Virus record (IMG/VR): IMGVR_UViG_3300032038_000016
Location: 66,668 to 130,667 of that record
Strand: one strand, 5' to 3'
DNA: 64,000 nt
Origin: a virus
Taxonomy: Duplodnaviria > Caudoviricetes
The position numbers and the translations under genes were made by a program. Under the pieces are notes generated by a model. It was not told the DNA's origin and searched no databases. It was given only the letters and a program-made list of their open reading frames with translations. This document shows, piece after piece, positions 32,161-42,971 of this stretch. The first letter of the stretch is position 1. Every line of letters starts with the position of its first letter.

Positions 32161-35100
32161 TTATGGATTTCCAGTATTGATGTACTTCTCAATTATTGTA
32201 TCAACAGATGCTAAATGTGCATTATCTTGATTTATTGCGTAATAATATTTTTGGCCAATGTCATAGAACGAATTACGCCATCTTCCTTCGGTTAAGAAGT
32301 TTCCATCTGGAACATTTCCATTCCAAGCTTGATTTTGGAGATCTAATAGCCAATCAATAAATTCTGTTACATTAAGATCAATAAATCCAGAACTATCTCC
32401 ACCAAATGCATTAACTAACGAATTGCTTTGGAATGGAGGAAGATTCTTAGTATATGTTTCTGCAAATTGATATGCAAAATTCTGCCACCCAGAATGATAG
32501 CCATCTAATGTTAGATCACTTGCTGAGAATTGATTATCTTTATTCAGTTCAGTTACCATAGGAACAAGATCGTATCCTGTTACAACAGAACTTGTTGAAA
32601 TTGGTACAGCAACATTTGTGGAATATCTCAACCAATTCAACATACCAAGTGAACAATGTTCTGATGTTCGATAACTTCTAAGAGCCATTCCATCAACCAG
32701 GAAGTAGTACAACTCACCAGGATTACCTGCATTTCTTGTAATAATAGTAGGAGTTTCAACAACCGGTGTCGGTGTTGGTGTTGGCTCCTCTTCCTCTTCT
32801 TCTTCAACAGGAGTTTCAATTGTATCTGTCAATTTTAATCCATCTCCTAAAATTAAAATCTTATTATCCGTATCAAACGGATCTGAATCTGACCATTCAG
32901 CTGTTTGTGAATTCTGATGATACCATGTATCATTTTCCATATCATACGCAATAAAGTTTTCTGGATCAATTAATGTAATACCCATTGGTTTTACATCAAT
33001 ATCCAATTGACCATTCTCGTTGATATGACATCCTTCACCTGTGTTAATTGTGATTCGATTATGTCCATCACCAATTAATCCACCACCAATACGAACATTT
33101 ACCTTTCCCCAATCATAATACTTGTCACCTTTATTCAGACCATCAGACGATGTAATGACTGGATCAATTTCAAGATAATTACCAACATTGACCATCAATC
33201 CACCACTCTTAGGAATTAATGAAACAGCTTCAATCGTTGAAATTGCCCCACTCATAGTATTCGTTTTATCGGATGATGTGTCAGTTGTTTCAATAATATC
33301 ATCTTTTGTTGGAGCTGTATTTTCCAAATCCTTTAATTCGGAATAAAAATGTTTTGCATATTGAATTCTTCTATCACTAATTACTTGATTTACACCCAAG
33401 CCTGATCTGAAATATGTGGAATCAAAGTACTTTGAACCTTTGAGAATAAGCTGAGATAATTCATCAGATGTTAGATTCTCTTGTTCATTGTGTAATAAAT
33501 CATACCACTCTTGCATGTTTTTGTAGAAGTCATATTCTACTTCTCCCCAGTTTGTGACACCATCAACACCATGTATCGATACTAATTCCTTTATGTAACC
33601 AAGTTTAACTGTCTCTGTTCCATTATCAATTGCTGTAATATCTCCACAAGTATATGTCGGATTAGACATTTCTGTGTAATCAATAAATGTTTTTGTGACC
33701 TTATCGTATAACTTTGGTTTTGTGTTTTCACCAGTTGGGATGACTGGGATATATTCATGAATTAATTCATTTTCATTATTGGCATTTTTACGATACCATT
33801 TTAACGAATAGAATTTAAATGATGAAGCATTTAAATCACTTGATAACAGATATTGTGATTGATGATCTTCTGGTTCAGTTTCATATGTCGAACCAATACC
33901 ACCAATTTTCAATGTTGTGGTTGTTTCCCCAGATAACTCACCAGCATTAAAAGTATTATCTGTACCAACACCACCTTGGCATGCTCCACCAACTGAGAAA
34001 TATTCGTCACCTAATGATTTTGCCATATCCAAATATGCAACTAAACCAGATAATGTTACCGTCGTAATTGTGTATCCAGTTGATTGATACAATGATGCAA
34101 AATTACCAGCATCTATAAATTCTTCATTGGCAGAATCAGCCATCATCATTTTACAACTGTTTGAATCATCAGAATCGCAATGTTTGCGATAATAGATAAT
34201 TGGATAATCTATATTATTTGAAGCTGTTGGAAAATGACAATTTACACCGAATAAGAATATATCATCATCTTGTTCATTAATTGACTTGGTAATATCATAA
34301 GCACTAAGTACAACACCCATCTCATCATACAATGAGTTATACCCATATGTCAGAACAATGTTATCTGTTGCATTTACTTTTTCTCCAGTGTCAAATATCA
34401 TATCCGACATTGTTAAAGATTCTAATTCACTATATCCTTCAGGAAGAATTGCACTAACTTTCATATTACCAGCATCATCTGGTTTATGTTGTGATCTCAA
34501 CCAACCATACATCCATTTTTTGCCATCATCACCTGTAGTGATACTATTACCAATTGCAGCAATTTGATTGGCTGTGTCATATAGATAATACCATTCAGAA
34601 TTTCCATCTTCTGGAACATCACCAATTCTACCAACAAGAATGCCATCTTCTTCTGTGTATACTTTCTTGATTAAATCATCTTCTGTGATATAATCAGATG
34701 ATGCAAAATCATTGAAATTCAATTCATTTGACATTTCATAATTCATATAATCCAATTGAAAATCGATGTCACATAAACTGTTATAATTCTTACTAGCGTT
34801 TTCTTCTGATGTAAAGAATGCTAACATTCCACGCTTTCTTGCTGGGTTTGTCCATTGTGCTAAACCAACACTAAATTGATTCATGACAAATTTCTTTGCA
34901 GCTTCACCATCTTCATCAACATCTGCATACATATCCCAGAATTCATCATTTGTCATGTGTAATTCAAGTAAATCACTTTTGGCAACTGCTTTTGGATCTA
35001 ACATGGACTCTGCCATTAGATTACCCATAAGAATCGCTGCACCAAGTTTTGACAAATTCATTGTTGAACGAAGATATTTCCAAACGTATATTTTGTACTT

Positions 35101-38007
35101 AGGTTCGACATTGATTGTCAAGTCACCAACAACTGAAGAAACATTAAAACGTTGCCAATCGACATCTGGATCCAAACCAAGATCTCTGTAGGTTAATGCT
35201 TTATGTGCACCATCAACATCATTACCATCATAGGGATCAACAATTCTTAATCCAGACATTGGTACTGCATATATATCATCTTGATTAATGTTAGTATCGG
35301 TATATTGTTTCCCATCAGTATTCGAATCTGATCCAGTATCCTCACCTGTGTATTTAACAACATTAATTCCTTTATTTAAATTAATACCAATAAAGTTTGG
35401 TGGGTTTTTGTAACCGGTATGATTAAATACTTCATGATCTCTTAAATAGTATGGTGTATTGTTGTACCAGTTATTGAATTTACGAGATTGATATGACCAA
35501 CCAGGAAATTCCGTTGAACTTTCAACATATTCATATTTACCATAATCATTACGAGCTTTTTCGGAATCATTATCATCCTGATTTGTAATAATATCAGAAT
35601 CAGATTGTAATTCGCGCAACCCATAATTGTAATAAGAGGATACTGATAATGATGCATCAGTTGGAATAAATAAACCACCACCACGAATATACCAAGAAGA
35701 ATATAAATTTGTCGCCCCGGAAGGGGTGATTACTTTATTCATCTTTTCCATTTCAGTTTGATCAAATCGTGGATACTTTCCATGTTTACTATCGAATTCA
35801 TCACCTTCATATTTGTTGGTGGTCTCATTCCATTTACCACTATAATCACCATCGTCAACTTCTTGTTTTGTGATACGATTGGTTGTATCTGTTTCATCAC
35901 GCCATTCAATATCTAATTGATCATAATGAGACAAGATTTGAATACCCGAAACATCATCAAGATAACTTGAACTTGATAGGATTTGAGGAGTTTCATCAAG
36001 ATATTTTGGATCATATTTTTTTGCAGTTGCAACAACTGTTTCTGTTGTAATATCACCAACTGCATCAGAATTTTCACCCAATATTCTACTATTTGATTTA
36101 TTGGATAATTTGAATGTTGGTTCATTACGCAATCCCCATGTAACATATGGAGTGAATGTTTGGAAGAAAATGGTATAATAATCTTTCACACCATCTGATT
36201 CATGAATTACTGATTTAGAGACAGAACCAACCATTGCATGATTACACATTAATTCTGCAGAGAAATAAGATGATGATTTAGCCATCGCACTAAAAGCCGT
36301 TTCTCCATCTCCAATAGTTTGTGTCTCGTTATTTATCATCATCAATTTAGAAAATAGATTTTCCAATGCAGAAGGTGTATCAATAAATATCAGATCTTTC
36401 TCAGAAATAGTTCCAGCGTACATTAAGAATTCACCAGTTCTACGACGTGGATTAAAGATTCTTTTTCCGTTAATGAAGATAGCAACAAGAACAGTTGATG
36501 TGTTCAATGTATTATTCGTATCAAGAAATCCAGCTGCAGAATAATCATCCCACCATCTAATCACAGTATTAATTCCCAAATCCTCAATATCGTAAGCACC
36601 ATTACTACGAACAATATTTTCAATCAAATTAACATAGGACGTCCATTCTTCAATAATACCATCTTTGATTGTGAAATTCAAATATCGTGTATCAATTGTC
36701 GTATTTGTCGTGGTATTTGCTGCTGGAGCCTGAGCAAACACAACACTACGTAAAAATGGATAAAAACCTTTTCCATTAATTGAATATGAAGACGTTGAAT
36801 CAATCTTTGTAATGTACCAATTGCTCCACCAGTTTTCATAATGCCATGTGAAAATATTGTATAACCAATAACGATAATTGTCTGTGGTATAATCAATTTC
36901 TGTTTCATCATAATTTGGATGTGTTGATTTAAAATATGAAATGTATTCTGATTTAACTTTTGATGGTTGAGAATCAATATATTTGTCAAAGCACATGTCA
37001 TAATCTCCAACCAATCCTTGGAACATGGTTGTTCTCATCTTTGTACCATCCCAAATATATCCTGTAAAATGAGAAGATTCTTCATGAATTTCTTTGCAAA
37101 TGTATGGTGAAATCTTATCCAAATTTGTTTTTAATGTTTCCAACATCTCCTGTTGATTTTCGATATCTTCTGTTTCGGTTGGTGTTGCAAATGGATGAAC
37201 ATATTTTCCATCCTTTTTAAACTCATTAATCGTATTATGATATACGCGAAATGCTCTCGTGAATAATGTCCAACCATCCATACGGATATCTCGATTATAA
37301 TAAAAGCCTTTCATGTATTTCATCTTATGCATGATGCTACGCCAATCAATATTTAATCCAGCAGAGTCGGGATCATTTAATTGGTTCTTTCCTAAAATCC
37401 ATAATGGATTATCATCATAATTGGATAATTTCAAAGACAAAATACCATTCTTATATACCAATGCATCATTGGTTCCTTTGATGAGATTAATCGGAATTGC
37501 ATTATAATCTAAATCATAAATGTTCTGATTCTCTCTACCAATGGTGATACCGACCCATGGACGATAATCCGCATCATCTCCAAGTCTTTCATCGGGATTC
37601 CATTCCTTTACGATGAATGCAACATCCTGTTTATCTGGGTCATCATCTTCTACAAATTGATCTAATTCATGATATGTACTAAAAATACGAAAGCGTTTAA
37701 TATGATATAATGTATTGAATTCTTCGATGACCCAATCTTTGATTTCTTCAAATGATACATCATCAACTTTACCTAATCCAACATCAGATCCATCTAATAC
37801 AACAACACCTGTCTTACCATTTACAGAATTAACAACACGGGTTAATTTGTTATTGATTATTTCCATGATATGTTCTAATCGAACATCCAATGAATAACCA
37901 GTGGCTGGATCTTCAATTGATGAAGTATCTGTTCGTGGATAAATGTCAACGAGTTGGACTTCTTGTCCAACTAGTTCTTGCTCTTTTAATTGAACCTTGT
38001 TATCCAT
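32161..38007 (-). CDS. Large tail fibre/spike protein with interrupted phage-tail-lysozyme domain and lectin-like module
   Basis: VNSVNGKTGVVVLDGSDVGL fibre motif. GAAILMGNLMAES, GLAQWT and FQLDY lysozyme motifs. Likely start ATG 38007 after aaggag. Confidence 0.75.
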   Translation of the reverse strand: MDNKVQLKEQELVGQEVQLVDIYPRTDTSSIEDPATGYSLDVRLEHIMEIINNKLTRVVNSVNGKTGVVVLDGSDVGLGKVDDVSFEEIKDWVIEEFNTLYHIKRFRIFSTYHELDQFVEDDDPDKQDVAFIVKEWNPDERLGDDADYRPWVGITIGRENQNIYDLDYNAIPINLIKGTNDALVYKNGILSLKLSNYDDNPLWILGKNQLNDPDSAGLNIDWRSIMHKMKYMKGFYYNRDIRMDGWTLFTRAFRVYHNTINEFKKDGKYVHPFATPTETEDIENQQEMLETLKTNLDKISPYICKEIHEESSHFTGYIWDGTKMRTTMFQGLVGDYDMCFDKYIDSQPSKVKSEYISYFKSTHPNYDETEIDYTTDNYRYWLYNIFTWHYENWWSNWYITKIDSTSSYSINGKGFYPFLRSVVFAQAPAANTTTNTTIDTRYLNFTIKDGIIEEWTSYVNLIENIVRSNGAYDIEDLGINTVIRWWDDYSAAGFLDTNNTLNTSTVLVAIFINGKRIFNPRRRTGEFLMYAGTISEKDLIFIDTPSALENLFSKLMMINNETQTIGDGETAFSAMAKSSSYFSAELMCNHAMVGSVSKSVIHESDGVKDYYTIFFQTFTPYVTWGLRNEPTFKLSNKSNSRILGENSDAVGDITTETVVATAKKYDPKYLDETPQILSSSSYLDDVSGIQILSHYDQLDIEWRDETDTTNRITKQEVDDGDYSGKWNETTNKYEGDEFDSKHGKYPRFDQTEMEKMNKVITPSGATNLYSSWYIRGGGLFIPTDASLSVSSYYNYGLRELQSDSDIITNQDDNDSEKARNDYGKYEYVESSTEFPGWSYQSRKFNNWYNNTPYYLRDHEVFNHTGYKNPPNFIGINLNKGINVVKYTGEDTGSDSNTDGKQYTDTNINQDDIYAVPMSGLRIVDPYDGNDVDGAHKALTYRDLGLDPDVDWQRFNVSSVVGDLTINVEPKYKIYVWKYLRSTMNLSKLGAAILMGNLMAESMLDPKAVAKSDLLELHMTNDEFWDMYADVDEDGEAAKKFVMNQFSVGLAQWTNPARKRGMLAFFTSEENASKNYNSLCDIDFQLDYMNYEMSNELNFNDFASSDYITEDDLIKKVYTEEDGILVGRIGDVPEDGNSEWYYLYDTANQIAAIGNSITTGDDGKKWMYGWLRSQHKPDDAGNMKVSAILPEGYSELESLTMSDMIFDTGEKVNATDNIVLTYGYNSLYDEMGVVLSAYDITKSINEQDDDIFLFGVNCHFPTASNNIDYPIIYYRKHCDSDDSNSCKMMMADSANEEFIDAGNFASLYQSTGYTITTVTLSGLVAYLDMAKSLGDEYFSVGGACQGGVGTDNTFNAGELSGETTTTLKIGGIGSTYETEPEDHQSQYLLSSDLNASSFKFYSLKWYRKNANNENELIHEYIPVIPTGENTKPKLYDKVTKTFIDYTEMSNPTYTCGDITAIDNGTETVKLGYIKELVSIHGVDGVTNWGEVEYDFYKNMQEWYDLLHNEQENLTSDELSQLILKGSKYFDSTYFRSGLGVNQVISDRRIQYAKHFYSELKDLENTAPTKDDIIETTDTSSDKTNTMSGAISTIEAVSLIPKSGGLMVNVGNYLEIDPVITSSDGLNKGDKYYDWGKVNVRIGGGLIGDGHNRITINTGEGCHINENGQLDIDVKPMGITLIDPENFIAYDMENDTWYHQNSQTAEWSDSDPFDTDNKILILGDGLKLTDTIETPVEEEEEEEPTPTPTPVVETPTIITRNAGNPGELYYFLVDGMALRSYRTSEHCSLGMLNWLRYSTNVAVPISTSSVVTGYDLVPMVTELNKDNQFSASDLTLDGYHSGWQNFAYQFAETYTKNLPPFQSNSLVNAFGGDSSGFIDLNVTEFIDWLLDLQNQAWNGNVPDGNFLTEGRWRNSFYDIGQKYYYAINQDNAHLASVDTIIEKYINTGNP

Positions 38008-38029
38008 ACCATCAATCTCCTTTCTATCA

Positions 38030-38042
38030 AACGAAATCATAA
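38030..38042 (+). promoter_or_regulatory. Putative late promoter AACG-N6-TAA for the baseplate wedge gene
   Basis: AACG-AAATCA-TAA. Confidence 0.6.
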
Positions 38043-38076
38043 GTTCATCGTGTTCAAACCCTATGGTTTGAAGGAC

Positions 38077-38089
38077 TTATATGTCCGTT
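38077..38089 (-). promoter_or_regulatory. Putative late promoter AACG-N6-TAA for the leftward tail operon
   Basis: Minus strand AACG-GACATA-TAA. Confidence 0.65.
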
Positions 38090-38134
38090 TTTACCCATGT
38101 TTGAACCAAATTAATTTAAAGGAGGAATTGACAA

Positions 38135-41100
38135 ATGGCTGAAATTGTTTTGAATAATTATTCGGATGATTCTAGAATTAAACAATACATCAGACAAAAT
38201 TTAATGCCACGTGTATTTCATGATATTCCGATGAATGCTTTGAATACCGGTGCATTCTCCATCATCAGTGAATACATTTCACAAGCAACGGAACAAATCT
38301 CTTTTACAAACTCTTTTTACTTTAATGAATCATTTATCACAAAAGCTGTTTTATCAGATTCAATTTATGCTGAAGCCGCCATCTTCAATTTGGGATATGG
38401 ATTTGCAACTCCATCTTCCACTGAAATTTTATTGGAATTACGAATGGAAGAATTAATAAATAATGCAACATATAATGCAGAGTCGGGTTTACATGAATTC
38501 ATTTTAGACAAGGATACAAAATTCAATTTACCAAATGGCAATGTGTATTCATTGGATTATGATATCCTATTACAGTATCGAACGGTTGAAACTGCAACGA
38601 GATCCACAGCAGCGATGCCAGCGTGGAACGTACAATACACCAATTTTGAAGAAGGAAATGTTGTCGCAATCAATAAACAAATCTACATTCCATATCGTGT
38701 AACTGACACGTGGATGTGTTTATTTGTACATGCTGCTGAGTATACAAGAAGAGTATACCACGTTGTCAATAATGCTGTCAATGGAATTCCCAACGAAGAT
38801 TACTTGATTAAGGTTGATGAACACATCTGTGGATTTGATGTGGTTTATGTCAAACGAGATGGAACAAGAATTCCCATTCCACATAGTCATATCTTATTTA
38901 TTCATGATGAGATTGATGATATGGATCCGTATTTACATTACATCATGGACAATCAAAACACCATTCGTTTGATGTTCCAATTACTTGGTACGAGATACTT
39001 TGTTCCTGAAGTCGGTTCACAATACGAGATTACCGTGTATACTTGTCATGGTGAAGCTGCTAATTTCACAGAAGCACCAAAGGTACAACCGAATGTGATT
39101 ACCTCAACCGGTCGTTATGCAAATAATGCGAATGTTATGAAAGCTGGGTTTGTCATTAATGGATCATTAGGTGGATCTAATATTGGAAATGCCGAATTGG
39201 TTCGTCGTGAAACAATTGAAGCATATAACACCGCAAATGTCATCTCCACAGACCATGATATTGATGAATGGTTTAAAACATTCTACTTCAAGAATATCTT
39301 ATATCCTTTTTTCTTCAAACGTCGTGATGATCCATGGGGTAGAATTTGGAGTGGATATCTTGCATTAAAAGATGATGAAGATCATGTTTATAACACTAAC
39401 ACATTACATGCGAAAATCAATTATCGGACATTATACAATAATAAAGACAATATTATTTCTTCCGATGAAATTATTATTCCACCCGGATTTGTTTGGGTTT
39501 ATGGTGATGAAAACAGATACACCGTTGTTCCATATTTGAATTCCACAAGTGGGGTAATTGAGACAGCAAAGACATTAGAAAGTATCCAACGTCGTTATGC
39601 ATTTGCAAATCCATTTGGTATCCGTATTCAAAAAGATCCATTTGCCATTGCATATTTAAATCCATGGATTGATGATTATGTTGCACCTGTCATGGTTCCC
39701 GGTATGAATGCAATCTCAGTAAAAGATGTTGCATCAGATGAGATTGCAGTTGTATATCATGCAACACCGATCTATGTAAATATTTCCAGAACATATAAAG
39801 ACGATTATTATCATTTCGAAACATGGATTGATGTATCACAAATTGAAACAGTTGATGGTCAATCATGGGTAAAATATCTCATGAGAAATATTGCAAAGCC
39901 ATCTGTGGATGATATTGCGTGGACATATTTACGTCAACCATTGGATTGGTATGCAAAGAACATTCCATTTATTCGTAAAACAACCGATGATGGTTATTTA
40001 CCATTCAATCCATATTACACATACATCTGTGTGAGAAATATTTATGAACGTGATGATGGTACATATACACTGAGTGATGTTTGGATTGATGATATGACCA
40101 ATGCAGATGATCCATTACAATATAACTTGCAATTTGTAAATATTGAATACTTGTATGGATTAGCTGAATTATGGGGTGAAGATGGTATTCGTGAAGGCGT
40201 TATCATCAACGGTGAAAATGCTATTCGCTGTTCTGGTATTAATAATACAGCAAGTATCGTTGTATTTGGTCGATATGCAACATTTGATTATTATACATTG
40301 AAACTCCGTGATCATATGTATGCAGTGAATGCAAATGGAGAACGACAAACCATTGCAGTAGAAAGTGTCACAATCACTGTTACTCGAGCATATAAAACAG
40401 AACGTCGTAAGTTTGGTGAAGCAGCAATCTATAATGTTGGTGATAAATACAGAACTGTCACATTGAATGTGAAATTCAACTTTGTATTTACAGAAGAAAC
40501 ATATGATGATGATGGTGATATCATTAATATTAAATATGGTGATCCCGGAATTATCACGGAGACTTATCGTATTTCAAATGCTGTTGATGTTTGTTTACCA
40601 TATCCTGATTCTAATAATATTGAACCAGAATATCATGATGGTATGTATTCATTCACATATCCTGTTGGAGCTGGTTCTGTACAAAACAATTATTTGGAAC
40701 CAGATACTGTCATTGCATATGCAGTCATGAGACCAGCTGCATCAACTGATAGTGTGGATTATTACCGCATTCCATTCTCTAGTATTCCCGATAATACACC
40801 AGCGTTCTATGCTCGTAGCAACTCATTACCATTGGAGCAAAACAATATGCGTGTATTATTACATGCATATGTAAATGGTGCTGAAACGGGTCATGTTGAA
40901 ATGATTCCTGTTGATCGTGATCAAGATGGCACATACTTGTATCAAGTGGATATGCATCCTTTAAATGAGCTATTAGATATTGATAATATGATTCATGTTG
41001 CATCATTGGATTATGGTGGAGGCAATTGGGTTACTACAAGAAAGGGTTCCGTTGTAAATGTTGATGCATTAAATCCAGAATTACGAATCAGCATTTTATT

Positions 41101-42853
41101 TAAATCTTATAATAACGAAAAACGTGAATCCGATATCATACTGGGTGATGAATATACCGGTTACTTATTAAATGATCAATACTACTTGAAAGATGTTTCA
41201 TTAGTACAAGAAATGAAAGAAATGAGAAGTGTTGTCAACTTCTATGAATCATCTATCCCAACAGATGATCAAGTGACATGGTATGATTCTTTGATGTTGT
41301 TGAATCGTGAAAATCATACAGAATTATCCATGTATGATATTCTGAAAAAAGTACAAGATCAAATGTTGTATAAAAAGGTCATGAGTGATGATGATCGAAA
41401 AGCATTTGCATTACAAGTCGATGAGATATCCAAGAAAATCGATACGCGTATTTCACAATTATTGACCAATGACAAAATCTTATCAGAAGATTCCGAATAC
41501 GCCTTGTCAGATGGATTGATTATCATTCGTTTGGCATTTGATCAATTGATTTCAAAAACATATTCGGAATTGTATACGTATGCTGATGAAAACATCGTGG
41601 TTTGTTATGCGAAAGAATATGATGTTCGTTATGCTGGATTTATTTCTACATATTCTATTTATTATGATTTCATTAAGAATCATCCAGAATCATTATATGA
41701 TGCATCACAAGATATTGTTGTGATCAATCGAACATATGTAGAAAACTTATTAGCTGATTTTATTTCCGAATACCCATATTCATATTACAAACAAAACTTT
41801 GATCAATTCAAGATTTATCAATATCCCATTTCGTTCTATCAAACATCTAGAATTGAAAAGACCTATATTGGTTCAGAAGAATTGTATATGGAACAAGTAT
41901 TAGAGTTATTAAAGAAGACAATCTCAGTAATTCCATATATCAAAGAAAGTGATATCTCATTATTAAAGAGCGGATTAACCGCAAAGAGTTATGCAAAATT
42001 ATACAAAGACTCGGGATGTACGATTGAAATTGAAAAAGAGAATGGAAAGTTTTATGTTATTCAAGAAGATCGTAAATTAGATACTGTGTATTATTGCGAC
42101 AATGATACATTAACAGAATTACCAAATTGCATTGTTTGGGAAAACATTTATAATGTATTAAATGGGTATCAAACATTGATTAATGAAACATTCATCAGTG
42201 CCAATGTCAATGGTGGAATGGAAATTCAATTAGTTCCATTTGTAGAATATTCATTAATGAATACGGATAAATTCAAAGACTTTGTTCACACATTTACACA
42301 AGTTCATCGTGCAATTGAACCAGTCATCTTCAAACGTTTGGAAGGAAATCATTACTTAGATTGCAAACTTGTTGCAACATACGGTTTACCACATTCTTAT
42401 TGTGCTGATAAACAGTATTTCTTGGAGGGAGAATTCTGGCCCGACTTACATGTGTACATCTCATTCGATGTGAAATTGTACAATCGTGCATTTGCTGCAA
42501 ATACGATTGCTGATTTACGTTCCATCGTTCGTGCATATTTCAATCGTCTAACAACCGTACATACTCCAGCGCAATTGGTTACAATGAATAACAACATCTA
42601 TGTTTCTCATTTGATTCAACAAATGGAAGAACATAAGAACGTTGCTTACATGAAATTCAATGGTTGGTATACCAATGAAAGATTTGATAAGAATGGAAAC
42701 TACATGAGTCCTGAAATACAAGCAATCGTTCAGAAGTGGAGAACATTAGAAAGTATGCCCACGGATGAATTGGAACGTTATGTCCCAGAAATGTTTGTAT
42801 TAGAAGATAATGATATCGAAATTAATATCATTGATGATAGTATATTAGCATAA
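38135..42853 (+). CDS. Baseplate wedge subunit (T4 gp6/BplJ-like, extended)
   Basis: 1572 aa. ESFITKAVLSDSIY..A....G...ATPS and GGSN...E.VR....A....NVIST.HD patterns. SD aaggagg. Confidence 0.75.
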   Translation: MAEIVLNNYSDDSRIKQYIRQNLMPRVFHDIPMNALNTGAFSIISEYISQATEQISFTNSFYFNESFITKAVLSDSIYAEAAIFNLGYGFATPSSTEILLELRMEELINNATYNAESGLHEFILDKDTKFNLPNGNVYSLDYDILLQYRTVETATRSTAAMPAWNVQYTNFEEGNVVAINKQIYIPYRVTDTWMCLFVHAAEYTRRVYHVVNNAVNGIPNEDYLIKVDEHICGFDVVYVKRDGTRIPIPHSHILFIHDEIDDMDPYLHYIMDNQNTIRLMFQLLGTRYFVPEVGSQYEITVYTCHGEAANFTEAPKVQPNVITSTGRYANNANVMKAGFVINGSLGGSNIGNAELVRRETIEAYNTANVISTDHDIDEWFKTFYFKNILYPFFFKRRDDPWGRIWSGYLALKDDEDHVYNTNTLHAKINYRTLYNNKDNIISSDEIIIPPGFVWVYGDENRYTVVPYLNSTSGVIETAKTLESIQRRYAFANPFGIRIQKDPFAIAYLNPWIDDYVAPVMVPGMNAISVKDVASDEIAVVYHATPIYVNISRTYKDDYYHFETWIDVSQIETVDGQSWVKYLMRNIAKPSVDDIAWTYLRQPLDWYAKNIPFIRKTTDDGYLPFNPYYTYICVRNIYERDDGTYTLSDVWIDDMTNADDPLQYNLQFVNIEYLYGLAELWGEDGIREGVIINGENAIRCSGINNTASIVVFGRYATFDYYTLKLRDHMYAVNANGERQTIAVESVTITVTRAYKTERRKFGEAAIYNVGDKYRTVTLNVKFNFVFTEETYDDDGDIINIKYGDPGIITETYRISNAVDVCLPYPDSNNIEPEYHDGMYSFTYPVGAGSVQNNYLEPDTVIAYAVMRPAASTDSVDYYRIPFSSIPDNTPAFYARSNSLPLEQNNMRVLLHAYVNGAETGHVEMIPVDRDQDGTYLYQVDMHPLNELLDIDNMIHVASLDYGGGNWVTTRKGSVVNVDALNPELRISILFKSYNNEKRESDIILGDEYTGYLLNDQYYLKDVSLVQEMKEMRSVVNFYESSIPTDDQVTWYDSLMLLNRENHTELSMYDILKKVQDQMLYKKVMSDDDRKAFALQVDEISKKIDTRISQLLTNDKILSEDSEYALSDGLIIIRLAFDQLISKTYSELYTYADENIVVCYAKEYDVRYAGFISTYSIYYDFIKNHPESLYDASQDIVVINRTYVENLLADFISEYPYSYYKQNFDQFKIYQYPISFYQTSRIEKTYIGSEELYMEQVLELLKKTISVIPYIKESDISLLKSGLTAKSYAKLYKDSGCTIEIEKENGKFYVIQEDRKLDTVYYCDNDTLTELPNCIVWENIYNVLNGYQTLINETFISANVNGGMEIQLVPFVEYSLMNTDKFKDFVHTFTQVHRAIEPVIFKRLEGNHYLDCKLVATYGLPHSYCADKQYFLEGEFWPDLHVYISFDVKLYNRAFAANTIADLRSIVRAYFNRLTTVHTPAQLVTMNNNIYVSHLIQQMEEHKNVAYMKFNGWYTNERFDKNGNYMSPEIQAIVQKWRTLESMPTDELERYVPEMFVLEDNDIEINIIDDSILA

Positions 42854-42859
42854 TTATGA

Positions 42860-42882
42860 ATCCCGCCCCATTGGGGCGGGAT
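42860..42882. terminator. Terminator hairpin between converging genes (CCGCCCC family)
   Basis: atcccgcccc-att-ggggcgggat. Confidence 0.8.
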
Positions 42883-42971
42883 ATCATTAAAATTTATGAA
42901 ATAGAATTTTCTTTGTCATATTATTTAATGGAATGCTTCATGTGTTTTTCGAATAATATATTCCATGATCA

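Noticed and set aside
35711-35730. Intragenic hairpin gtcgcccc-ggaa-ggggtgat
   Set aside because: Pairs best on the non-coding strand and sits mid-gene with no supporting context. It may be chance.
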